Virus record (IMG/VR): IMGVR_UViG_3300025450_001231 | Direction: 5' to 3' (one strand) | Length of the DNA stretch: 64,000 bases | Origin: a virus | Taxonomy: Duplodnaviria; Caudoviricetes | Shown here: piece after piece, positions 52,039-61,210 of the stretch | Numbering within the stretch: the first letter of the stretch is position 1 | How the letters are laid out: each line of letters starts with the position of its first letter | Program-made: the position numbers and the translations under genes | The notes under the pieces: model-generated | What the model was told of the DNA's origin: nothing | Databases searched by the model: none | Seen by the model: the letters and a program-made list of their open reading frames with translations, nothing else

Positions 52039-53904
52039 ATGTCAAGTGATCTGTCTAACCAATATCTTAAACCTATACTCAGAGGCGAAGCAACTCACCC
52101 GTATGCTCACGCCACAAAACTATTTGTAGAAGATAATTATAGGTTAGCTCCCAAGCCAGCTCATCTTTATTATGTCTATTTTGATGTTAATCCAGGCGCA
52201 CTGTCATTGGTTAGTAGTGCACCCCAACAATACATCGAAGCAGGTATGTTGGCCAAACGTGTTGAACTTCCTAAATTCAATACAAATACAAAAACATTGA
52301 ATGCGTATAATAGAAAAAATATTATACAAACACATATCACATACGATCCTATTACTATTCAATTCCACGACGATGCAGCAGATGTTGTATTAAGTTTTTG
52401 GAATGACTATTATTCTTATTATTACAGAGACAGTGATTATACTCCTGAATCTTATACTTCACCTAGCAAATATCAACCTAGAGCAAATCAAGACTGGGGA
52501 TTTACTCCACGCTCTCAAAGTGTAGCACCATTCTTGAATAGTATTAAAATATACAGTATGCATAATAAAGAATTTACTGAATATATTTTAATTAATCCTT
52601 CGATAACAGCTTGGCGCCACGGCGAGCACAACAGCAGTGAAGGCGGTGGGTTGATGGAACACTCAATGACTATCGCTTTTGAAACTGTGCAGTATAGAGG
52701 TGGAGTAGTAGATTTAGAAAATGAACCAATTGGTTTAGGCTTGCATTATGATAATTATCTAAGTCCGATCAGCAGTGGGAATGAACCAGTAAACACATAT
52801 AGACGAGATTTTAGCAGCCCCGACAGTTACTATAATGTAAATTATGGCGCACCTCTGAATATACCGAGCCTAAGTGCAGTCAATGCTAGTATTAACAATT
52901 TGACTAATCGTTTGGTTGGTGGACTAGTAGGCGGTGTAGTAAATGGCATCAACGGTGGCAGTTTTTATCCTACTATGGGCGGAGTTCCTGGATACGGCGG
53001 AATCAGCAGTACTAATCAATTGTACGCCGGACTAGGTGTTGCAGGTCTTCCCAATCCGTATGCATTGAAAAATGTAGGCAAAAGCATTACTGCTACTATC
53101 GAAAATGCCGCAGTAGGAACAGTTGCCGGAGCCGCAACTGCAGCAATATTCAGTGCAGCTAACACATTTGATCAAGGTGTTAATACTTTACTAACTGGTA
53201 GCCCTGCCAATCCGGCTAGTAGTGGGATATACAATGTCAATCCAACAAATGGGTTAATTTCAATTGGGCCCGACGGTCAGCCAGTGGCCGGACAATCAAT
53301 GTATCTCACTCAAGGTAGTCAAAACGGATTGCCTTACGGAGGTATACAACAAACTAGTACAAGCAGTAGTGGCCAAGTTCAAAATGGTTTGTATATGACA
53401 AAGAATGGCTATTTACAAACACCTGGTTCAGGAATCGGCGCACAATTAACCAATACAATATCTGGTGCAGTTGGTGCAGTTGCCGGATTAGAAGCAGGTG
53501 CTTATGTTACGCAATCACTTAATTCTAGTGCATTAGGTAAAACAGTTGTAGGAAGAATTGTTAGTGGAGCAGTAGGAGTTGCAGTAACTAACAGTATCAG
53601 CAAAGCAGTGAATAACGGACTACAGTCATTGACCAATGGTGTAACTGGTTCAGTAAGTCAGGTGTGGAATTCTGCTACTGGTTCGATTAATAATGTTAAC
53701 AGCGATACTCCGCAGTCTCCGGCTCCTGTACAGGATCTCAGTACATATGGTGCAAGCTCTACTAATCCCGGAGTCAATCAAGCCAGTGTAACAAATCCAG
53801 ATCAATTTGGAACTTCTAGTGTAAGCATTCAACAAGGTAGTCCGTTATCTGGCGGAGATTTATTAAATGCTGGCAGTGAATCCGCCCCTCCTTTTGATGA
53901 CTAA
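52039..53904 (+). CDS. Tail-tube-fold baseplate/tube-initiator-like protein with a long low-complexity C-terminus
   Basis: LAKRVELPKF...YNRK...YDPITIQFHDD resembles the gp19/gp54 family; the C-terminal ~350 aa are G/S/N/T-rich. Confidence 0.6.
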   Translation: MSSDLSNQYLKPILRGEATHPYAHATKLFVEDNYRLAPKPAHLYYVYFDVNPGALSLVSSAPQQYIEAGMLAKRVELPKFNTNTKTLNAYNRKNIIQTHITYDPITIQFHDDAADVVLSFWNDYYSYYYRDSDYTPESYTSPSKYQPRANQDWGFTPRSQSVAPFLNSIKIYSMHNKEFTEYILINPSITAWRHGEHNSSEGGGLMEHSMTIAFETVQYRGGVVDLENEPIGLGLHYDNYLSPISSGNEPVNTYRRDFSSPDSYYNVNYGAPLNIPSLSAVNASINNLTNRLVGGLVGGVVNGINGGSFYPTMGGVPGYGGISSTNQLYAGLGVAGLPNPYALKNVGKSITATIENAAVGTVAGAATAAIFSAANTFDQGVNTLLTGSPANPASSGIYNVNPTNGLISIGPDGQPVAGQSMYLTQGSQNGLPYGGIQQTSTSSSGQVQNGLYMTKNGYLQTPGSGIGAQLTNTISGAVGAVAGLEAGAYVTQSLNSSALGKTVVGRIVSGAVGVAVTNSISKAVNNGLQSLTNGVTGSVSQVWNSATGSINNVNSDTPQSPAPVQDLSTYGASSTNPGVNQASVTNPDQFGTSSVSIQQGSPLSGGDLLNAGSESAPPFDD

Positions 53905-53912
53905 TAAAAATT

Positions 53913-54302
53913 ATGAGTAATCGAGTAACCCTAGTACCTCCCAGCAATATTGTTAGTACCAGTAACGGTTCTGCAGATGCTACTACAAAATATTTTAATA
54001 ACTATTTTACACCCAATTATAGTATTAGCAGTAATGCGAATAATGCTATAGTCAGTTTTTTTGAAACAATGACAGGCAGTACAGCTAGCGCGGTATTGTT
54101 AGCGCAAGCATTGATTAATAGTGCTAATGCACAAAGAGAAAATCCATTGGTATTATTGGACAGTTTTAAGAAAATGTCTCCTAGTGAGCTTACACCGTTA
54201 TTGACACTATATTTGAATTCGACAAGAGTACCCACTAGTTTATTGGGTATTAAAAATCCACAAACACCCAGTCAATTGATTGCTAGAAAAATCTTAGTAT
54301 AA
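53913..54302 (+). CDS. Hypothetical protein
   Basis: 129-aa ORF; its stop overlaps the gp4 start. Confidence 0.7.
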   Translation: MSNRVTLVPPSNIVSTSNGSADATTKYFNNYFTPNYSISSNANNAIVSFFETMTGSTASAVLLAQALINSANAQRENPLVLLDSFKKMSPSELTPLLTLYLNSTRVPTSLLGIKNPQTPSQLIARKILV

Positions 54303-54730
54303 TGGCCAAGTATAGTCAAGGAAAATATCAAATACAAAACCCAGCAAAGTATATAGGCAAAAGTATGCCTACTTACCGTAGCAGTTGGGAGTTTGCTTTT
54401 ATGCAGTTTTGCGACAATAACCCAGCAGTTACACAATGGGCAAGTGAAGCGATTCGCATCAATTATAAAAATCCGTTTACAAACAAAAACACAATCTATG
54501 TACCAGACTTTTTAATTGTGTATATTGATAAAAATGGCAAGCAACACGGCGAAGTTATTGAAGTAAAACCCAGTACAGAAACCACTATGGAAGCGGCCCG
54601 TAGCGTAAGAGATAAGGCAATGGTGGCACTTAATATGTATAAATGGGAAGCTGCAAGAAAGTTTTGTGCAGCACAGGGATTGACATTCCGTGTAGTCAAC
54701 GAAAAAGACATTTTCCACGGCTCAAAATAA
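54302..54730 (+). CDS. gp4: Head completion nuclease (T4 gp4-like)
   Basis: YRSSWE...FCDNNP...WASE, YVPDF, IEVKP, KWEAA. Confidence 0.9.
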   Translation: MAKYSQGKYQIQNPAKYIGKSMPTYRSSWEFAFMQFCDNNPAVTQWASEAIRINYKNPFTNKNTIYVPDFLIVYIDKNGKQHGEVIEVKPSTETTMEAARSVRDKAMVALNMYKWEAARKFCAAQGLTFRVVNEKDIFHGSK

Positions 54731-54746
54731 TAACGGTAAATACCGT

Positions 54747-55238
54747 ATGACCAAAAAACTTCAAGAACTTTTTAATCTGCCAGAACCTGTATCCGAGAAT
54801 ACAACTGCTGAAACTGCCGATGCTGCACTAGAAGAACATCGTGCAATATTTGCTGAAATTGACTCAACCATAGATAAAATTGACGAAGCATTGCCTGGAG
54901 TACGGGGGTTAGATGCTAGTGATCAAGAAATGGATGAACTTGCTACTATGGCCAAAGATAAATTCAATGATCTAATGGACCTTGGTATGAATATGGAAGC
55001 TAGATTTAGCGGAACTGTGTTCCAAACAGCAGGTGTATTATTGGGACACGCTATAACTGCTAAACAAGCTAAACTAGACAAGAAATTACGTATGGTTGAT
55101 CTACAACTTAAAAAAATGAGATTAGATCATCAGATTAAACAAGATAAAGGTACCCCAGATGCTGCAATCGAGGGTCAAGGAACAGTATTAGACCGTAATA
55201 GTCTACTAGCAGAAATACTGAACAAACCCAAGCAATAA
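54747..55238 (+). CDS. Probable terminase small subunit
   Basis: Helical/coiled-coil 163-aa protein (AKDKFNDLMDLGMNM-EARF...AGVLL...AITAK) near gp4 and gp17; call rests on architecture and position. Confidence 0.5.
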   Translation: MTKKLQELFNLPEPVSENTTAETADAALEEHRAIFAEIDSTIDKIDEALPGVRGLDASDQEMDELATMAKDKFNDLMDLGMNMEARFSGTVFQTAGVLLGHAITAKQAKLDKKLRMVDLQLKKMRLDHQIKQDKGTPDAAIEGQGTVLDRNSLLAEILNKPKQ

Positions 55239-55277
55239 TTTCCAAAACCTGCTAAATATCTAATAATAGGACAAATT

Positions 55278-55895
55278 ATGAAATCATTTCTCTCATATCT
55301 TACTGAAAGTACAAGAACTTATGATTTTAGAATTAGAATAGCTTGCGAGATGTCAGATGACATTATGGGCAAGTTAAAAACAATTCTAGAAATGTATAAG
55401 TTAGAAAGCATCAGTAAACCACGCAGACTACCAATCCAAGAAACTCCTGAGTTTCCTAATATGGGACCAGTGGAAGTTAATGTTATTGACATCGTATTAG
55501 GATATCCCACCAACGATGAAAAGATTCGTAGTTTGATTGCAGAGTGCGGATGTGTACCTGCTGCCTGTGTAAGAGTAACCCCGACAAATAGTCCGTATGA
55601 ATTGGTACGTGACGGTAAAGAAATCAGTAATCTTCACGGCAAACCTGGCGAAAGCGTGCTAATGCAAGCTGAGATGGTTGCAGAGAAAAAAGACGAAGAA
55701 TTAGTCGGCGACGCTCGAATCCCCAGCATCATGAAAGAATTACAAGATACACGAAAATACAAGTATCCAGATGCTGCAGGAGGCGAGCCTGCTGATGCTA
55801 AAACCAGTAACAGTTACCCACAAGGCCAAACTAGTCCAGTTGGCACACATAAAAATTCAATCCCTTCGGACGCCAAATTGAAAGCAGGAAAATAA
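55278..55895 (+). CDS. Putative internal head protein
   Basis: N-terminus MKSFLSYLTES resembles the T4 capsid-targeting sequence MKTYQEFIAE. Confidence 0.55.
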   Translation: MKSFLSYLTESTRTYDFRIRIACEMSDDIMGKLKTILEMYKLESISKPRRLPIQETPEFPNMGPVEVNVIDIVLGYPTNDEKIRSLIAECGCVPAACVRVTPTNSPYELVRDGKEISNLHGKPGESVLMQAEMVAEKKDEELVGDARIPSIMKELQDTRKYKYPDAAGGEPADAKTSNSYPQGQTSPVGTHKNSIPSDAKLKAGK

Positions 55896-55897
55896 TC

Positions 55898-58348
55898 ATG
55901 AGCAACAATAATTTATACGACATTCTAAACAACTTCAACAAAGTAGCTGTTACTGAAAACAAAAAGCCTGCGGCGACCACAGAAGCAAAACCTAAGACTA
56001 AACTTGAAGAAAGTATTCAGCAGGTTATTAGCGAAAAATATATGGGATTTAAGGCAGTTGAAAAAGCTGCTAAAGCAGGCGGAGCAGAAAATCCTGCTGC
56101 AGTTGCTGCCAGCATTGGTCGCAAAAAATACGGTAAGAAAAAATTTCAAGCCGCTGCCGCTAAAGGTAAGAAGTTAGGCGAAGGATGGGATCCATCACAA
56201 GAAGTAAAACAGTCTGCTATACAATATATGAAAAGTACTGGAATACGCAACATAAATGATTTGGATGCAGAAGCTATTCAATATATTGGTGATGAAAATC
56301 AAATTAATTATGCTGAGGTTTGTAAAATTCTTGGTTGTGACTTACCAAAAGAATTAGGTCCAGTTAAATCCTATGACCGTCACGGTGATATGGAAGAAGA
56401 CTATGCAAGCATGGGAATCGGGATGGCCGAAGAAAATGACGAATATGATGATAGCGATATGGTCAAAAACGAATTGCATACTATAATTCGTGCCGCAGAA
56501 GAACTTGAGCAACATATCACTGACGGAAAAGAAATACCAGCTTGGGTACAATCTAAAATTGCACAGGCCAAGGGTATGGTTGATAGTGCCAGTGAATATA
56601 TGATTAGCGATCAAGAACGCAATCATGAAGAAGAGTCTGGGGAAGAAAATTTCCACCCAGAGATAGCAGAAGGCTGTCATGCTTGTGAAATGGGCGAGTG
56701 CGAAACACACGGTGTTATGTCTGCAGTAAATGAAAAAGCAGTTAGTAAAGCTCAACAAAAGTTTATGGGTATGGTACACGCTGCACAAAAAGGCGAAAAA
56801 GCTGCTAGTCCAGAAGTTGCCAAAGTTGCAAAAGGCATGACTAAGAAAGCTGCCACAGATTATGCTAGTACAAAGCACAAAGGATTGCCTGCACACGTAG
56901 GCGAAAATGCTTTTGATTATAAAAATACTCCTCGTCAAACATCAGACGATGATACCAAGACACATCATACTAAGAAACACATTAGTACAGGCACCGTTTA
57001 TACTAAGAAGTTTGATAGTCATGGACACAGTATGGGCACCGCTGATACTGTAGACACAGTTAAAAAAGGACGTGGTCGTCCTAAGAAAAGCCAATTTGAA
57101 AATACAAGTCATAAAACTATCAACAAGATGGTCAACGGTATTTTCGAAAGCATTGACAGTTCAATGTATGTAGAAACTGCTCCAGATCAGTTGTCATATG
57201 AGCAAAGCCATTTGAAAGATCATTTAGGCAGTCACTTGTATAAGAAATTAAATTCAGCAATGAAAACAGGCGATGGATTCCCTGATGATTTGTATGATAA
57301 TTTGTTTACATATTTCCAAGACGAAATGCCCTACGGTATAGCTAAAGCTCGTACCGGCGATCCATACGAGTGGATTGAAAATAAATTAACTGAAATATTC
57401 CCTGAATTGCAAGAAAATCTTTTGCAAGGTATTGGTAATAAATTAGCTACAGGTGCAAAAGCAGTTGCTGGTGGAATCAACAAAGTAATTGGCCATCCTG
57501 ATGACCAAGCAATGTTGAAAGATTTGGAAAAGAAAACTCATCCACAAACTCCAGCACCCGCACAAAAAGATTCGCAAGACATCGAAGAAATGATTCGTCT
57601 TGCTGGTTTAAGCGAGTCTAAAAAAGTTAAAGAAGCTGATATGGAAGAAGGCAATGCATTCGGCAAAGCAGAGCAAGATGCAGTAAAAGCTGGTAAAGAT
57701 GAATTTGAAGTTGGCGGAAAAACTTACAAAGTTAAAGAAGACAAAACATCCAAGCCTGACTTTTTAGATATTGATAAAGATGGCGATAAAGAAGAGTCAT
57801 TCAAAAAAGCTGTTAAAGATAAAGAAAAAGTAAAAGAAGAATTTGCTGCTGAATGTGGTGAAATGAGCCCAATGAGTGGACAATCCGAGCAACAGGGAAA
57901 AATGAATATCAGTACTAATATGAGTACAGACGGCAATAAGAGTATTACTATTACTGCTGACGGGGATACTGCAGTCGAATTAATGCAAATGCTTAAACTA
58001 GCAGGTGTAGGCGGTGGGCAACAACCAACTGCCGAAGTTAAGCCAATTGAAGTAGTTGTTGGCTCTACTAACGGTGCAGAAGTTGCAGCAGAAGAAGAAA
58101 TGGCTGAAGCTAAAGACGGCCGTTACGAAGCTAATACAACTCCTGATGTACACGTTATGGATGTACAAACGTTAACCAAAGGCGGTAACGGTGAAATTGC
58201 TGGTAAAGAAAAACAAATGACCAAACACGGTTACAAGTTTGGTGACAACCCGATGGCTATGAAAGACATTGAGGAAGGTATCGACAAATTAGATACAATG
58301 GGCTTACGCTTAATGAAAGAATACGAAAGTATTAAAATTAAAAAATGA
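55898..58348 (+). CDS. Large charged mosaic protein, putative internal head/prohead core protein
   Basis: AVSKAQQKFMGMVHA (DUF3008-like), KPDFLDIDKDGDKEES, KKGRGRPKKS, many xxE sites. Confidence 0.65.
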   Translation: MSNNNLYDILNNFNKVAVTENKKPAATTEAKPKTKLEESIQQVISEKYMGFKAVEKAAKAGGAENPAAVAASIGRKKYGKKKFQAAAAKGKKLGEGWDPSQEVKQSAIQYMKSTGIRNINDLDAEAIQYIGDENQINYAEVCKILGCDLPKELGPVKSYDRHGDMEEDYASMGIGMAEENDEYDDSDMVKNELHTIIRAAEELEQHITDGKEIPAWVQSKIAQAKGMVDSASEYMISDQERNHEEESGEENFHPEIAEGCHACEMGECETHGVMSAVNEKAVSKAQQKFMGMVHAAQKGEKAASPEVAKVAKGMTKKAATDYASTKHKGLPAHVGENAFDYKNTPRQTSDDDTKTHHTKKHISTGTVYTKKFDSHGHSMGTADTVDTVKKGRGRPKKSQFENTSHKTINKMVNGIFESIDSSMYVETAPDQLSYEQSHLKDHLGSHLYKKLNSAMKTGDGFPDDLYDNLFTYFQDEMPYGIAKARTGDPYEWIENKLTEIFPELQENLLQGIGNKLATGAKAVAGGINKVIGHPDDQAMLKDLEKKTHPQTPAPAQKDSQDIEEMIRLAGLSESKKVKEADMEEGNAFGKAEQDAVKAGKDEFEVGGKTYKVKEDKTSKPDFLDIDKDGDKEESFKKAVKDKEKVKEEFAAECGEMSPMSGQSEQQGKMNISTNMSTDGNKSITITADGDTAVELMQMLKLAGVGGGQQPTAEVKPIEVVVGSTNGAEVAAEEEMAEAKDGRYEANTTPDVHVMDVQTLTKGGNGEIAGKEKQMTKHGYKFGDNPMAMKDIEEGIDKLDTMGLRLMKEYESIKIKK

Positions 58349-58755
58349 AAATAACCGAAATCATTAGCGAAGCTAAAGACATACCGGCCGATCCTAAAAA
58401 ATTAGACGGCGCTCAAGTTGCCAGTCTTAAGGGCGCAGTTAGTATTCCTGATATTAGCAATAACAAATCAAATGGTAGTGCTTACTTGCAATACAGATTT
58501 GGTATTGCATTAGGCGGTGCTGGAGCAGGTAGCACGCCAAGTGAGCATACTGATCCAGCTGGAGCATTTAGCGGTGATCCAGTAATGTTGACTTATACTG
58601 ATGAAGAAGGCGAAATGATTAATAACGCTGCCAAAATGGTCGGGGTTGGCCATGTAATACCATTGGGTAGTCGCAAAAGTCTAGAACGTGACGATGTACA
58701 TAAAGTTAGCCCAATGACACCACGTGGGCCTATTAAACCAAAACGCAGAAAATAA
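58345..58755 (+). CDS. Hypothetical (putative internal head) protein
   Basis: MKITEIISEA N-terminus; ATGA overlap with the upstream gene. Confidence 0.65.
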   Translation: MKITEIISEAKDIPADPKKLDGAQVASLKGAVSIPDISNNKSNGSAYLQYRFGIALGGAGAGSTPSEHTDPAGAFSGDPVMLTYTDEEGEMINNAAKMVGVGHVIPLGSRKSLERDDVHKVSPMTPRGPIKPKRRK

Positions 58756-59043
58756 ATGCAACAATATAAATTCCGCAGCAATGATTTTGTACCTGAAGGT
58801 GAAACAGGTATAGACGATGCAGTATTGGATGTCAATGATCCAATCAACGAAATGCGGGTATTAGCTGGGTTGGGCAATCAACCACAGTGGACAGAGTACA
58901 AAGGTCAACCTGGCAGTAATATCAGTGCTACTGCTACTGCCAAAGCTGAACTAATGAAAGAAAACAACATCAAGCCTGGAACACCTGAATGGTTCCAGCT
59001 TTGGTTTTCTAGACCGTACTTGACGGGCGAACCGCCGGTTTAG
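58756..59043 (+). CDS. Hypothetical protein
   Basis: 95-aa ORF abutting the upstream stop; EMRVLAGL and KPGTPEWFQLWF. Confidence 0.7.
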   Translation: MQQYKFRSNDFVPEGETGIDDAVLDVNDPINEMRVLAGLGNQPQWTEYKGQPGSNISATATAKAELMKENNIKPGTPEWFQLWFSRPYLTGEPPV

Positions 59044-59557
59044 GATCAATTCCCAAATAACGATACCAACTTTCGTGCTGAACGTGCACTGGTCTTTCTT
59101 TCCAACGATTTAACAATTGAAAATGTGATGGGTGATAGGGTTCACGCAAAGGCTTAATACGTTTGTGTCCTTTTTCGCTATTACAACTTTTGCAGGCTGC
59201 AACAGTATTCTCCCAAGTAGTGCGTCCGCCGTCACAACGTGGAATCACGTGATCAATAGTCAGCTCTTTGTAATCAAATGTATCTGCACAGTATTGACAC
59301 TGAAACATATCTCTCAAAAACAAATTGCCTCTACTAAATTTAGCAGACTTTTTGAATTTGAAATATTCTTTACTAACAACTACTGCAGGCACATTCATTG
59401 AAAAATGCTCACTGCGTATTAGCCAATCATCGTACTCTTCAAGTACAGTTACTTTATCTAAAAAATATAATTTTATACAATGTTGCCACCCGATAACACT
59501 GAGAGGTAAGACAGAAACTGGGTTCCAGTCACTGTTTAATAATAGTACGTCAGACAA
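59009..59557 (-). CDS. HNH endonuclease
   Basis: VLLLNSDWNP N-terminus; RDMFQCQYC...LTIDHVIPRCDGGRTTWENTVAACKSCNSEKG; TTG start. Confidence 0.9.
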   Translation of the reverse strand: MSDVLLLNSDWNPVSVLPLSVIGWQHCIKLYFLDKVTVLEEYDDWLIRSEHFSMNVPAVVVSKEYFKFKKSAKFSRGNLFLRDMFQCQYCADTFDYKELTIDHVIPRCDGGRTTWENTVAACKSCNSEKGHKRIKPLREPYHPSHFQLLNRWKERPVHVQHESWYRYLGIDPKPAVRPSSTV

Positions 59558-59580
59558 TTTGAAATCTCATTAGTTGTAGT

Positions 59581-59588
59581 TATAAATA
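59581..59588 (+). promoter_or_regulatory. T4-type late promoter upstream of the large terminase
   Basis: TATAAATA. Confidence 0.65.
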
Positions 59589-59627
59589 CACATATATGTA
59601 TACCTATTATACAGTATTTAACGAACG

Positions 59628-61193
59628 ATGTCAAAGCCTACCGAAAATGCTCTTGTTAAGAAACCCAATACCCGGGAAACTTATACTGAGCAAGAAATAA
59701 GAGAAATTGCAAAGTGTGCAGATCCAGTCACTGGACCGCATCACTTTTTGAACAATTACTTTTACATTCAGCATCCTACCAAAGGACGAATGAAATATCA
59801 GCCTTTTGAGTATCAAGAACGATTGGTGGACACTTATCACAACTATAGATACAGTATCAATTTGATGCCACGACAAACTGGTAAATCAACAACTGCGGCC
59901 GGTTACTTGTTATGGTATGCGATGTTTGTGCCCGACAGTACCATTTTGGTAGCTGCACACAAATACACAGGTTCACAAGAGATTATGCAACGTATTCGTT
60001 ATGCGTATGAAAGTGTACCAGATTTTATTCGTGCTGGTGTTACCAGTTACAACAAAGGTAGTATAGACTTTGACACAGGATCCCGCATAGTCAGTGCCAC
60101 AACAACAGAAAATACCGGTCGTGGTATGTCTATATCCTTATTGTACTGTGATGAGTTTGCGTTCGTTCGACCTACTATTGCTAGTGAATTTTGGACTTCA
60201 ATTTCGCCAACATTGGCGACTGGCGGTAAGTGTATTATTACAAGTACCCCAAACAGTGATGAAGATCAGTTTGCACAAATTTGGCGTCAGGCCAATAAAC
60301 GCATAGACGAGTACGGTAACGAAACAGAATTAGGTGTTAATGGATTCAAAGCATTCCGTAGCTATTGGCAAGAGCATCCAGACCGTGATGAAACTTGGGC
60401 TGCAGAAATGTTGGCACAGTTAGGTGAAGATCGTTTCCGCCGTGAAATGAACTGCGAATTTATTATTTTCGACGAAACACTTATTAGTCCAACAGTATTG
60501 GTTGAGATGTCAGGTATAGATCCTATACAAAAACAAGGACAAGTACGTTGGTACTCTAAACCACAACCCGGAAAAACTTACTTGGTTGGATTAGATCCCA
60601 GTTTAGGCACAGGCGGCGACCCTGCTGCTATACAGATACTGGAATTGCCTAGTATGCATCAAGTTGGTGAATGGCAACACAACCGTACGCCTATACCGCA
60701 ACAGGTAAAGATACTGACCGAAATAACTCGTTATATAAGTGAAGCAATTGACTCTAACAATGATGTTTACTATAGTGTAGAAAATAACACAATCGGCGAA
60801 GCAGCATTAATTGCTATCGCCGAAGCAGGAGAAGAAAATATTCGTGGTATCTTTTTAAGCGAACCCAATCGTGCCGGGACTGGCAGACGATATCGCAAGG
60901 GATTTAATACTACTGCCAATAGTAAATTATCAGCTTGTGCTAAACTAAAGAGTCTAGTAGAAACAAAACGTCTGCGTATAGCCAGTAAAGCTTTGGTATC
61001 AGAGTTAAAGACCTTTGTAGCATCGGGTAATAGTTATAAAGCAAAAATAGGCGAAACAGACGATCTAGTAATGGCCATGATACTAGTGGTTCGTATGGCT
61101 ATGTTCTTGCGTGAATTTGACGCAGATTTGGATAGTAAACTCAATGATTCAGTGGATGATGTAATTATGCCTATGCCCTTTATCATGATGTAA
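59628..61193 (+). CDS. gp17: Terminase large subunit
   Basis: MPRQTGKST Walker A, LLYCDEFAF Walker B, IITSTPN, RFRREMNCEF, LVGLDPS and DDLVMA nuclease residues. Confidence 0.97.
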   Translation: MSKPTENALVKKPNTRETYTEQEIREIAKCADPVTGPHHFLNNYFYIQHPTKGRMKYQPFEYQERLVDTYHNYRYSINLMPRQTGKSTTAAGYLLWYAMFVPDSTILVAAHKYTGSQEIMQRIRYAYESVPDFIRAGVTSYNKGSIDFDTGSRIVSATTTENTGRGMSISLLYCDEFAFVRPTIASEFWTSISPTLATGGKCIITSTPNSDEDQFAQIWRQANKRIDEYGNETELGVNGFKAFRSYWQEHPDRDETWAAEMLAQLGEDRFRREMNCEFIIFDETLISPTVLVEMSGIDPIQKQGQVRWYSKPQPGKTYLVGLDPSLGTGGDPAAIQILELPSMHQVGEWQHNRTPIPQQVKILTEITRYISEAIDSNNDVYYSVENNTIGEAALIAIAEAGEENIRGIFLSEPNRAGTGRRYRKGFNTTANSKLSACAKLKSLVETKRLRIASKALVSELKTFVASGNSYKAKIGETDDLVMAMILVVRMAMFLREFDADLDSKLNDSVDDVIMPMPFIMM

Positions 61194-61210
61194 TCGATAA
61201 ATACTTAACT

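Noticed and set aside
59628-61193. Intein or intron in the large terminase
   Set aside because: 521 aa with ATPase and nuclease motifs at normal spacing; no splice motifs or interruption.
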